From the NCBI RefSeq assembly GCF_006345805.1, contig NW_021833450.1:9491-73490 (forward strand): 64,000 nucleotides of DNA, given 5' to 3'. Shown in pieces: positions 25,681 to 43,098 of this stretch (position 1 is the stretch's first letter; each line of letters starts with the position of its first letter). The DNA comes from Octopus sinensis (lineage: Eukaryota). The notes beneath the pieces were generated by a model. That model had not been told where the DNA came from. It saw only the letters and a list, made by a program, of their open reading frames with translations, and searched no databases. Position numbers and translations under genes: made by a program.

Positions 25681-26009
25681 TGACTTTAAAACACCAATGA
25701 TTTACTTATCACTGTTATTTATTGCTCCATTTCTTATCGTCTTTATATATATTAAACCACCGTTTTACCTTTAAATTACCTACTACCGTATACCTTATAA
25801 CAAGGACCATACATACTGAGGTATGTATGTAGAATTCTTCTACATATATTTCGATGGACGCACTGTTATATATATCCTTCCTGATGAGATCGATGCATTG
25901 ATGAACATAATTTTTCCTGCCGGACATTTTGCAGTACATCCGTCGCGATATATGTCGAAGAATTCAAGATATAAATGGTGTAACAACATCCCAAGACTTC
26001 TCCTGGGCA

Positions 26010-26605
26010 CATCAGATGTCGAAGAGACTTCGACCATATTTACTATCTGTGAAAGTTCAAAATTAATTTGTTTCCCTGCACAGATGGCATACCTATGAAA
26101 CTTAAGGATTTGATCTTCTCATTCATTCAGGGAACATTTTTATTTCTCCTCATAAATATGGGACACCGTGATGTTTACCCTTTAAAATCGTTGATATCTC
26201 AGTCCATTGCTATAAGTCTTGAACGGTGCATAACCATTTTAGTGGATACTGAAAAGCTCGATCTTCTTTGGTCTAAACCTCATGTTTTTAATTCTTCTTC
26301 TAGTTCAGACCACTTTATGAATCCCCTACGGAGGCAGTGTTTGATACGTTTAGCAGCTTTTAGCTACTCTTCCTGTTTCCGCCAAGTCTTAGCATTTTGT
26401 CGGTCGGTGGTAGACCAAAATACCGAGCAGGCTGCCCTATTACCGTGGTCCTTTGCGTTTGCTACGACATCTAGTTTCTCAGCCATGTGTTTGAAATCTG
26501 TGCGAAATTGATCGTAAGTCAACTTACCGATACGTTATGGGAAACCTTGCCCCAACTCTTGCCTCCTCTCAGATCAGCTGTATAGTTGTTTATATTTTGG
26601 GCAAG
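26010..26605 (-). mobile_element. Internal fragment of the same pogo element as 9576-11933, inverted
   Basis: Near-identical reverse complement of 10215-10815, including shared stop codons. Confidence 0.85.
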
Positions 26606-27060
26606 AAGCCCGCCCAGAAGAGTTGCAGAAGATTCCAAAGTCGTCTGGAGGATGTGGTTGAAGCCAATGGCAATTTTATTGAATAAATTAACTCTTTAGT
26701 ATTTTAAGATATTTTTATGTAATTTTGGTAAATATGTTAAACTGAGATGTTAGTGTTATTTTCAGTAAAGGCTATTTGCCAACATAATGTGGCTGTCCTG
26801 GAAGGGACAATTGTTACTGTTGTTAGCCTCAGGAAACATGGTTTCCAGATGGCTATACGACACAATATTTGTGTCGTTATATCTTCCTGTGGTGGATGGG
26901 AGTGCTGGACTCGCTGTTCGAAAATATAAGGACACAGATATTGTGTCGTATAGCCATCTGGAAACGATGTCCTTTCCAGGACAGCCACATTATGTTGAGA
27001 AATATTCTTTACTTTAAAGAACTGTTATTTTCATTTGCATAATTTAGATGCCGCACCCAG

Positions 27061-27061
<1 letters not shown>
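26606..27061 (+). mobile_element. 3' end of a Tc1/mariner-type transposon, interrupted by a foldback element
   Basis: RRFQSRLEDVVEANGNFIE* (transposase C-terminus) and a TIR-like end GATGCCGCACCCAG|TA. Confidence 0.55.
26765..27012. mobile_element. ~250-bp imperfect palindrome (MITE/foldback)
   Basis: Outer arms GTAAAG...CAACATAATGTGGCTGTCCTGGAA / TTCCAGGACAGCCACATTATGTTG...CTTTAC; inner arms TTTCCAGATGGCTATACGACACAATAT / ATATTGTGTCGTATAGCCATCTGGAAA. Confidence 0.8.
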
Positions 27062-27159
<98 letters not shown>

Positions 27160-27282
27160 TGTGTGTTAGATAATAATGCGAACGGTTTACACCTGATAGC
27201 TCACTGGTAAAGCACGGTCGAAACAAATGTCGCTATTGATAATAAATTCTCGTATATTCCATCTTCCGTCTTTCATTTGCCA

Positions 27283-27367
<85 letters not shown>

Positions 27368-27384
27368 GTATATCAGAAAATAAA

Positions 27385-27712
27385 AAAACAGAGATAAATG
27401 AAATGATAATTATTTATTAATTACAAATTTGGACATCATTTCTGACAGCTGTTTTGATTCAAGACTTTAGAAATTAATTAGTATAATTAAAAACATACTA
27501 AAGTTGAATCACATCGGAAAGTTTTGCTCCCTACACTCAACACACAATAATATGAAAATGTAAAGGTATATCTTTCCCCACCTCTGATGGGATTCAACTT
27601 TAAAATCTTTTTAATTATACTGATTGATTTCTAAAGTCTTGAATCGAAACAGTGTCAGAGACGATATCCAATTTTGTAATTAATAAATAATTATTATTCT
27701 ATTTATCTCTAT
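27385..27712. mobile_element. Inverted-repeat element (~100-bp arms) containing a degenerate hammerhead; PLE pseudo-LTR-like
   Basis: Arms 27385-27492 and 27608-27712; + strand CTGATGG-GATTCAA...TTGAATC-GAAAC-AGT-GTC at 27584-27656 (A9 changed to G). Confidence 0.6.
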
Positions 27713-27899
27713 TTTCTTATTTTCTTAAATATATAAAAATCTCGGTTCATCTTACAGTTGAATATTAAATGCAATATCCAATACTTTTTCCAATAGGCAA
27801 TAAACCTTTATATTTATTGGATTTTATTATCCGTTAATGAAGTTTAACCTTTAATTGAACTTTTATATGTAATGTGCTGATCCGTATAGTGAAAGATAA

Positions 27900-28440
27900 A
27901 TATTATTCCTTTAAAGGTCACAATACATTATTAAAGCGCTACTAATAGTTTCATATGTTGAGAACACTCAAACATATTCTTCAGGCGCAAACCAAATATT
28001 ATAACGAACGAAAGAAATTGAATAATAGTAGAAACGCGAAAAAACTGAGAAGGCACCATATAAAAACGCAGACAGTAAACAACGGAAAACGAAAATAGAA
28101 ACTAAACTGTCAAAAATATAATGTAAAAAAGGTAAAAGAGCTATGCTACTGACACCTTGAAAGATACGGCTGAAAAAGATAACAAGCCAGTCAGAAATAG
28201 GTGGAAGTTTCCAGTTCTTCAAGAAATATTTATACATATGCATGCAACCACTGAAATTTCTGACCTGGGGTTCAATAGAGAGTTAGGGATCTTGGATTTG
28301 AACATAATCTGCAATTTTTTTTTAGCCAAAAAAAGTTTACATTTATTCGATCCGTTCACATTTATTTCTCCACGGTGTATTTGTCTTTAGCAGTTGAAAT
28401 ATATGACAAACATATTTCAACTAACCTAATTGTGACTATA
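27900..28440 (-). mobile_element. Penelope-like element 3' end (GIY-YIG C-terminus plus pseudo-LTR)
   Basis: Minus strand, with frameshifts, KCKLFLAKKKLQIMF...LLNPRSEI...CMHMYKYFLKNW matches the PLE endonuclease tail C-x-LCL-x-EK...LLN-x-RSE...C-x-H; followed by a hammerhead motif. Confidence 0.7.
27936..27988 (-). ncRNA. Type I minimal hammerhead ribozyme motif, complete core
   Basis: GCGC-CTGAAGA-ATATGTTTGAG-TGTT-CTCAACATAT-GAAAC-TATTA-GTA-GCGC: 4-bp stem I, 10-bp stem II with one bulge, GUA triplet. Confidence 0.8.
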
Positions 28441-28533
28441 CGTAAACACTGCTCAGCGTATTTACTCCGATATATATATATATAACGGGAAAGTTTACCA
28501 AAATAAACAAAAGACGAAGGCAGGTGGAGTACA

Positions 28534-28588
<55 letters not shown>

Positions 28589-28789
28589 TGTGTGTGTGTG
28601 TGTGTGTGGTGTGTGTGTGTGTATGAGTGATCAATAGTTTGGTATTTAATTAGTCCATCAGTTTACTCACATCCTTTAAGGCCAAAGAAATTATTGGAAT
28701 AACATAATAAGCTAAAGGTGGGGCCTCAGTATCGTCCAAATATACTGTGACTAAAAGTCCGATAAAATATAAAGCAACTTTGCACTTAC

Positions 28790-29020
28790 TTTTGTTTAAT
28801 TCAGTGTAAACACCATTTGTCCCAAACTTCAAAAAGTGATCAGAATGAGTTTTACTTGACAAAAAGCATTTTTTTGTATATATTTGGTAGTCAAACGACT
28901 GACAATTTGGTTTTGTTTCACAGCTGTACAAACATGTCGTATAATTAAGACCATGCAATCCACCGACGTCATTGCGACTAGGGAGATAAGCACTGTCAAC
29001 TATATCCAACGGACATTTTC
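28790..29020 (-). CDS. PAN/Apple-domain exon of the minus-strand PAN gene (phase 1-1, 231 nt)
   Basis: ttttctcctttcag|GA ... AAA A|gtaagt; KCPLDIVDSAYLPSRNDVGGLHGLNYTTCLYSCETKPNCQSFDYQIYTKKCFLSSKTHSDHFLKFGTNGVYTELNK. Confidence 0.85.
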
Positions 29021-29352
29021 CTGAAAGGAGAAAATGGACAAATGAAGTTTTTCCTTCTTTTCGTTTTCGTTTTATTTTGGATTAATGAAAAATAATAAAT
29101 AAATGAAAAATATTGGGTAAAGACACAACAACAATAACAACAAAAATAATGTCTTCCTCTTTTTCTCTATCACTTGACTCTGTAAATGAATAATCTGGTG
29201 TGTTTGTTTTTATGGCCTACCAATGTAAACAATACGTTTCACTGCCCCATGTGTCAGGAAGACACTCGGCAAGAAATGGAAACAGAAGTGAAAGAATATG
29301 CTAATAAAAATGAAAATAATAATAATAATAATAATAATTATAATAATAATAA

Positions 29353-29930
29353 TAAGTTAGGAGAATGATAATTAAAGTACCCCAAAATATAAATACTGTC
29401 ATACCATTCGTCCAGATAGATGACATAAAACAAACAAGGAATCTTCGAGCTATGCGCTACTAGCTGAGGAGAACAGAAAATGGTGGAGCAAAAGAAACGA
29501 CGCATTAATACGGGCAAAGTAAGACTTAGAAAAAAATTGAGCAATGGTTAAGAGGAAACAGGAAAAATGGGAAAAAGAAAGACCGAGAAGAATTAGAGAA
29601 GGAATATAGAATACGGAAGAACGGATTTGATGCAGTAATAGAGCAGTTAAAACAAAGGATCATGGCAAAAAGCTTGAAGGTCAGATGATTTGTGAACAGA
29701 AATATGCAGTTCGAGGAGAACAGATTTTTCAAAACTAACCCGAAACAATTCTTCCAAACGTTAGAAGGAGACAATAAGGAAAATGTTGCTCCTGATGCAA
29801 ACCAAACCAAGGAGTTCTGGAGCGGATTATGGGGAAACAGTCTGGTGCATAAAAGGGATGCAATATGGATAGGAACTATCAAGACTGAATTACGAGGAAA
29901 GGAACAAGTGGGTAAAGTGCCTAACTGGAA
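29353..29930 (+). mobile_element. R4/Dong-type LINE fragment (pre-RT region) between TAA-rich tracts
   Basis: NRNMQFEENRFFKTNPKQFFQTL...TKEFWSGLWG, homologous to the pre-RT region of the neighbouring elements; a short 3'UTR relic at ~29240-29312 resembles the reverse complement of 29985-30030. Confidence 0.7.
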
Positions 29931-29974
29931 ATTATAATTATAATTATAATAATAATATAATTATTATTATTACT

Positions 29975-36067
<6,093 letters not shown>

Positions 36068-36123
<56 letters not shown>
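36068..36123. repeat. (TTA)n microsatellite separating two LINEs
   Basis: Direct read. Confidence 0.97.
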
Positions 36124-36124
<1 letters not shown>

Positions 36125-39100
36125 TATGTTTGACTTTTGCTTTATGTCTGTACAAGTTGGCTCCAAGTCTCACCCAGAGACCTCAAGGGACAACAGGTTG
36201 GAAGTTCTGTGCCATATATTTGGGGGGTTTTTTTTGGTGTTGTACTAGTGAATGTCTAATACATAAAAAAAATTTTAAAAAAGTTTGTTTTAAACCTTGG
36301 GATTACATAGAGAGTATTTTGCGTAGGATATGAGCAGTTCCCATGAGCACTATCTTTTGAATTTCTGCCATTTTGGGGTTTCCTGGTATCTGAGTTAGGT
36401 AGCAATCAGTCCCTTTCGCTATCATTCCCAGGGCACCTATGACAACAGGTATTGTTTTAGTCTTCAGCTTCCACATTTTGCTGATTTCTATTTCAAGATC
36501 TTTATATTTGCTCAGTTTTTGGTAGGTCTTGACAGATACGTTTATATCGATTGGGACAGTCATATCAATGAGGAGGCATGTTCTTTGTCTGAAGTCTTTC
36601 AATATGATGTCTGGCCTATTTGCATCTATCTGCCTGTCAGTTTGAATGGTGAAGTTCCAGAGGAGTGAGATGTGGTCATTTTCAAGCACTGGAGGTGGAT
36701 TGTGTTCTCACCAGTTTTTTTCATGGGGCAAATCCAGGTTTTTGCAAATTACCCAGTGAATATATTGTGCAGCTCTGTCATGCCTGTTGAGGTACTCTGT
36801 AGGCGCTAGAAGACTGCATTTGGAGACAACATGATCAATGGTTTCATTTTGTTGTCGGCATACACGACATGTTGGGCTACTGCCGTTCTTTAATATGTTG
36901 GCCTGGTAGTTTCTTGTTGGTAGGCATTGATCTTGAGCTGCTATGATAAACCCCTCTGCTTCAGATTTTAAGCCAGAGGCCATTAGCCATTGATGGGTCA
37001 GGGCTTTGTCAATATCTGCATTATTCGCTCTCTTTGGGTATTTGCCATAGAGAGGTCTTTCTTGCCATTTATTATTCAGAATATCTAAGGCCGCAGTTTT
37101 GGCACGGGTTTTCATGCGCCTAGCTTTTTCTGTGCTTGTTTCTTGTATGTCTATCTCTAATTCCGAAATTGGTTGTATTCGGAATTCACTTAGATATTCC
37201 TTTGCCTGTTTTGTGACTGAGTATGATGCTTTCTTGTTTTTTCATGTTTTGAGACAAGTTTTAACATCCAGTCCTCAGAGTCCTCACGGCCTCCCTCTTT
37301 TCTTGGCAGATAAAGTCGTTCTGTATCTGCCTTAGGGTGGTGTATTCTATGCATTGTCAACAGTTTTCGTATTTTTCTGTAAAGATTACATATTTCAGTA
37401 ATTGACCAGTTAACAATATTGAAACTGTAAGTCACGACTGGTATGGCTAATGCATTGATCGCTTCGATCCTGTTTCTTGCATTCAGCTCTGTCTTGAGTA
37501 TTGCTCTCACTCTTCGATAACACTCTCTCCTGATCCTTTTCTTCATCTCTGAATGCCTTATTCCGTTCCCTTCAATTACCCCTAGGTACTTGTAGCTCTC
37601 CGCTGGGTCTAGTTCTTTTATGACATTCTGCTGGTCAAGGTTAACGTTAGATGTTTCTGTCATTTTTCCTTTGATAAAGGTAGCTTTTGCACATTTATCG
37701 AGGCCGAATTGCATTCTGATGTCGTCACTGAATTGTTTGACTATCGCTAGTAAGCCCTTGAGTTGTTGGTCATGTTTTGCAAAAAGCTTTAAATCATCCA
37801 TGTAAATGAGATGATTTATATTTTTATCAAACATGTTATACCCGTACTGCGCGTCATTGAGCAGCTTTGAGAGAGGTATTAAAGATAAACAAAAGAGGAG
37901 TGGTGACAGTGAGTCACCCTGGAAAATGCCACACGAAATTTTTACATCACCAGCATTTAGGGATTCATTGTCCCTGTTCAGAGTTAGTGTGGTTCTCCAT
38001 GATCTCATACTTACAGTCAAGATGTTTCGCAGAGTAGGTGCTATCTTATACATTTCCAGGCATTTCCTAATCCAGCTATGTGATAGGCTATCAAAAGCCT
38101 TTTTATAGTCTATCCAGGCTATTGATAAGTTTTTGTGTCGTTTGTGACAATCTTCTAAGATCATCTTATTGATGAGTAGTTGGTCTTTACAGCCGTAGGA
38201 TCCACGTTTACATCCTTTTTGTTCATTAGGGAATATGATGCTGTCTGTTAAAAAACTATAGGTATATTCCGTCAGGACAGATGTTAGCGTTTTGTACATA
38301 GTTGTTAAGCAGGTTATGGGTCTATAGTTTTTTTGTTCATTTGTTTCTTCACTTTTTGGAGGCAGGAATGTTAACCCATTAACTAGCCAAGCAGGCATCC
38401 TACTAGGGTGTTTCAAAACATCATTGTACAGTTCTGTTAGCAGTTCATGGCTCTCTGGGAAGGCATTCAGTCAGAAGTTAGGAATTTTATCCTTTCCTAG
38501 AGACTTCCATTTGCTTGACCTCCTGAGAGCAGATCTTATATCTTCTACCTTGACACCCTCTCACTTTTGCTCTTCTAAGGGGTCCAATTCTGTAGATATT
38601 CTGTCAATCTAGGGGCCTTTTCGTTGTGTGTTTTTTCTTCTGCCCAAATTTTATTCCCAAATCCCTGCACTTCTTCTTTTGATGGTACAGACCTTGCAGT
38701 AAACGCTGTTTTTCCTATCTTCCTGTAAAAATTCTTGGGGTTATTTTTGAACATGTTGTTGTCCTTGAAAAATCTAACACGCTTTTCATACCTCGCTATG
38801 CGGGCAGCTTTGGCAGATACCTTTGTTTGATGGTTTCTATGGTGGCATCAATATCAAGTATAGTTTTCATATTGTATTTTTTCATTAATTTTGGGTTTTT
38901 GTAGGTTTGGTAGTCTTGTGAGCCTTAAGGATTTTCAAATATTTAATGTCAGATCTAAATATTTTAATTTGTTGTTGCAGACGCTCTTGCCAGAAGGCTT
39001 TTTGTGGGAATGTTGCGGTTTTCTAATCTTTACACCGCATAGGATCGTTGAGATTTTCGCGGATGCATAGTATAGGTGGTTGAGGTTTGTGACATCAATA

Positions 39101-40100
39101 TCATTAGCTGAAATTATATCCTTAAGTGCAAGCCGGATTTTACCAATTATTTTCATGTTTTGGTTAGAGTTGCGGATTTTAGGGAGTGTATCACGTTCGT
39201 CCATGCTGGTTTCTTTAATTTTCAGCCATTCAATCATGATTTGATTTTTTAGCTCATGTAATTCTGTTGGGTCAATATTTGTGTGACTTTCTTTATCTAT
39301 TTGATGCTCATCTGTCTTAGTGTTTATGATTGGTTCAGGGAGTATTTCACTTTGCCTATCACTTATACTAACTCTTTCAATCCTCACTTCGTTTTTATCA
39401 GCCCTGGGCTGGTCTATAATTATTTCCTCTGTATTATCTTCTCTAGCTGCAGCTTCGTTCATTTTATCCGATATTGCTTGTCTAACTTGATCAATCTGTA
39501 CTTCAGTCAGTAATTTTTTTTTATAATGTTTCTGCTGACGTTGGCAAGTTTGTTACTGTCTATGTAGGGTCTTACTTCAGGGTGTTTCTGTCTCCAGTTT
39601 AAGTATGCTTGTACAGTGTTAGATTTATCTGTGGGGAAATATATGGCATGGTAGAAGGCCTCAAGAACTTCTTTATATCTTCCCTAGACCATTTTTCCTT
39701 CTTTTTCTTTTGATTATTTGGTGATGAGCATGGATGGCCATCTGTTGGAATATTCCGGTTGTGGGGTACGTCCAGCCCCTGTGTGTTGAGAAGATTGATC
39801 CAGTAGCTGATTTTTCAATCAGAATTTGGTTAAATTTTCGGTACGTGGTCTTTTGTAATCCGCGCAACGACCAATGCGGTTTATTGTTTGATTTGTTGAC
39901 CTTGAAGCATGACGAGCTTCCATTCTTATATTAGGAGATGGATCTGTCAGTTTAGGGTTCTCTACATGTAAGCATTGCTCATAGCGCAGCTTCTTAAGGC
40001 TAGCAGATATATATTCGTCTGTATTTTTTTTGTTGATAGTTTTATCTCCGAACATTTTTTTTCCTCCTCTTCCTTTCTTCAAGGCTCACTCTGCCTGTAT
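36124..40100 (-). mobile_element. Near full-length R4/Dong-clade LINE (third subfamily), frameshifted
   Basis: 408-aa RT ORF 37190-38416, CRVCRQQNETIDHVVSKC...RHD, RPDIILKDFRQRTCLLIDMTVP RLE; 5' boundary approximate. Confidence 0.92.
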
Positions 40101-40907
40101 TAGTTCGAAATAATGAGAATAAAATACGGGGAAGAAAAAGAAAAAAAGGGAAAAAGACGGGATCTGTCAGTTATTATTGTTATTACTATCACCTTCACCA
40201 CCATCACCATCATTAGCAACATCACCATCACCATCATCATCATCAATGATATTGTTTTATGTGTAGCCACAGCCACCATCAACACTCCTACTGCCATTGT
40301 GTGGGAGAATGGTTGGTTAAAGAATTCATGCTATTTGGGTCTATAAATAGATTCGGCAGATGGTGGAGACAAAGGACGTTAATGGTCAGTAAAAGGTCAA
40401 ACCTGTTTACATTTATTTATTTAATTTCCTTTTTCTTTTCTCTTTTCTTCCTCTTCACATGCATATGTATATGTATATGTATATTCACTCACACATATTA
40501 TCTGATGTTTTCGTCGATGATTTTTTTTTTTTTTAAACTTTCTGAGTTCAATGTTATGTATATATTTTTAAATTTCTGAATTCAGTTGTATGTATATAGT
40601 AGTAGGTGCTTAATTCCATAACTTTTTATCGTGCATTTAATTGTGTTGTTACAATAAAAGGTAATTTAAAAGGCAATTTTACACATTCTTATAGTCATGA
40701 GAGACGACTAAATGTAAATGTTCACACAGAATTGGAGATATTTATGTTTCTAATTTTTCTTGTTAGGTGTACGTTTGTATGAGCTGTAGATATGTACGTT
40801 TTTAAACTTATTTTGAGGGAAATTCAAATTACTCACAGAAAACAGTAGATCTTCCAGTTTTCTACGGTTGTTTTTTTCAGTTGTCCTGCTGGGTTCGCTG
40901 TTGCCAA

Positions 40908-40986
<79 letters not shown>
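40908..40986. repeat. (TTA)n microsatellite
   Basis: Direct read. Confidence 0.95.
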
Positions 40987-41397
40987 GCAGTAGTAGTAGA
41001 TTTATTTCATTTTCTAATTTTCTAATTGAAAGATATATGGGACCTCGAACTAAACTCATGCCATAGACTGAGTGGCTGCAACATTTGGAGCGCCGGAACG
41101 CAAGAGTCACAGCAGGAAATATTGATGTTTGTTAACTTACAGAATAGGACGACGTGGCGATTGCTGGTGAACTTAATTCAATGAAAGTTTAATATTCACA
41201 AACAAGAAAAGACAAAAAGAAAACTAACAAGAATATTTTACTGCAAAATAAATGAATACACTTTCGAAATATTAAGTGAGATTTATGCGAAGGACATCAT
41301 TGCTAGACATAGCGGTTCTAAAGATATGTTTAACAGATCCCGATCAAAATACTGACAACAGCACACAAACAAACACACACTCAAACACGCACACACC

Positions 41398-41435
<38 letters not shown>

Positions 41436-41740
41436 TACACATGCACGCGCACACACACGCACACACACTCGCACACACACACACACATTCTCTCTCTCTT
41501 ACGCCTTCTCTCATTGAATCTGACTCGTACACGCAGACATGAAGATATTTTGTTTAAACTAAATAATTCTGTTTATTTTGAATTTAGTAATGGAGGCAAC
41601 GAACCCAGCTTACAAACGAAAAATATTGTATATGAAGCGTTGGATTAGCAAAGTGTACGGCGTAGAACTAAAAAATAATAAATACAACGTGATTGATTTT
41701 CATCTGAAACAATAAAGCAAGCGAGAGAAAAGAGATGGAA

Positions 41741-41771
<31 letters not shown>

Positions 41772-42121
41772 TGAAAGAAAGAAAGATAGAAAGAAAGAAA
41801 GATAGAAAGAAAGGTGATCAGAATTGTGAACAATTTTGATTTGATCCAGGTTGAGGATTTTCATTCGTTTATGGATGAGTTACCCAATTTGGTTCCAAAT
41901 TTCTTCATTTTATACGTGAAAAAAATTAAATCTGTGTTTCACACATTCAGTTAATCTTCTGTAATTATTTTACGTAATTTAAGTAAAACTCGTATCATAT
42001 CCTCATATAGTGTAAGATATCTTTTCGTCTCCCTCACAGACTAATGTCATCTACACACAATTTATATATTACACCCCAGACATGCATTATTTTCATCATC
42101 AAAGATATTGAGAATATTTAC

Positions 42122-42289
42122 TGACAGTCACGTGACGAAAACGTTCTCTTTCACTGAACCTAAACACACAACCTTTTGACAAAACGTTGCCTTTTCTCTT
42201 TTCTCTTTGGTAATCTCGTGTCTCAATCCGAAATTCTGTGCTAAACGCATCAGTCAAACCTTTATTAGAACCACCACTCCGGAACAAAA
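42122..42289 (-). CDS. Tentative linker exon of the minus-strand PAN gene (phase 1-1, 168 nt)
   Basis: attgtatag|TT ... GTC A|gtaaat, open frame LFRSGGSNKGLTDAFSTEFRIETRDYQREKRKGNVLSKGCVFRFSERERFRHVTV; phase-compatible with neighbours; its VLSKGCVF resembles ISSVGCAF of the other linker. Acceptor is weak. Confidence 0.45.
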
Positions 42290-42441
42290 CTATACAATAA
42301 TTCTTCAACACACACCAATCTACATAGACTAGAGAAATCGCAGCAACTTTTCAAATGCTGACAGTATTGTCTCTCTTTAGACTAAAACATAGAATACAAG
42401 TGAAGGAATGAAATAAACCCAGAAGATTCAAATTTTTTTAC

Positions 42442-42699
42442 CGTCTGTATAATTGGTCGGCACAGATCTTCTCAACTGATAAAAATCGGTATTAGTTGCG
42501 CCTATTAGCATTTTCTCTGTTGCGTCATCTTTGTATAAAATACAGCTTGGACTTATCGTTCTGCTCACGAAGGATTTACATGCAGAAGATTCAAAACACC
42601 TCTTCGAACAGTCGTAGGCATCCACATCAAGTGTCATCAATGTTTTACCTTCCTTGAGAAGACAGTTTCCTACTTTTATAAAATAGTTCAGATGTTCAA
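42442..42699 (-). CDS. PAN/Apple-domain exon of the minus-strand PAN gene (phase 1-1, 258 nt)
   Basis: ctgactttgttacag|TT ... GAC G|gtaaaa; EHLNYFIKVGNCLLKEGKTLMTLDVDAYDCSKRCFESSACKSFVSRTISPSCILYKDDATEKMLIGATNTDFYQLRRSVPTNYTD; PAN core C-x3-C-x5-C-x11-C and FYQ terminal strand. Confidence 0.8.
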
Positions 42700-43020
42700 C
42701 TGTAACAAAGTCAGGAAAATTAAACAACCAAAGTACGAAGACGAAAATAAAAGATTTTCGAAATAGATAATATAAAGAGAGAGAATATTAAATGTTTGAC
42801 GATCAATACTGATATTTTTACCAGGAAGAAGTGATAAATTTGTTACTACCATAATGTAGGGATAATTAATCCATTCTATTATTTAAATGATTCATATGAT
42901 ATGTTCTGTAATGTTTTATGCTTGTGTATTGTAAAGTTTGCCCGATTATCAGAACTTAATTTTAATAAAATGCCTACAAACTGACGAAAAACTGAAATAC
43001 AACGAGTACGAAGAGCTTAC

Positions 43021-43098
43021 TTTCAGAACCACATCTATGCCTCTGAATGGCTTTTGAGTAATTGTTAATAGCAACAACTTGAATATATCTGATTTTGA
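43021..43098 (-). CDS. Tentative upstream exon of the minus-strand PAN gene
   Basis: Strong donor GAA A|gtaagc in phase 1; frame KIRYIQVVAINNYSKAIQRHRCGSE; acceptor ambiguous (43098, or 43149 with an in-frame ATG at 43135). Confidence 0.35.

Larger units (their letters stand above)
20130..29100 (-). repeat. Right arm of the inverted segmental duplication
   Basis: Reverse complement of segments of 3770-17140, interrupted by arm-specific TE insertions. Confidence 0.9.

Noticed and set aside
27193-27231. Complete hammerhead CTGATAG...GAAAC-AAAT-GTC
   Set aside because: Core is CTGATAG rather than CTGANGA and stems I and II do not pair; at most the 3' half of a ribozyme whose 5' half was lost at the (TG)n tract.
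42981-43012. CTGACGA...GAAAT...GTA hammerhead-like spacing
   Set aside because: No stem II can form in the 6-nt spacer; chance match.
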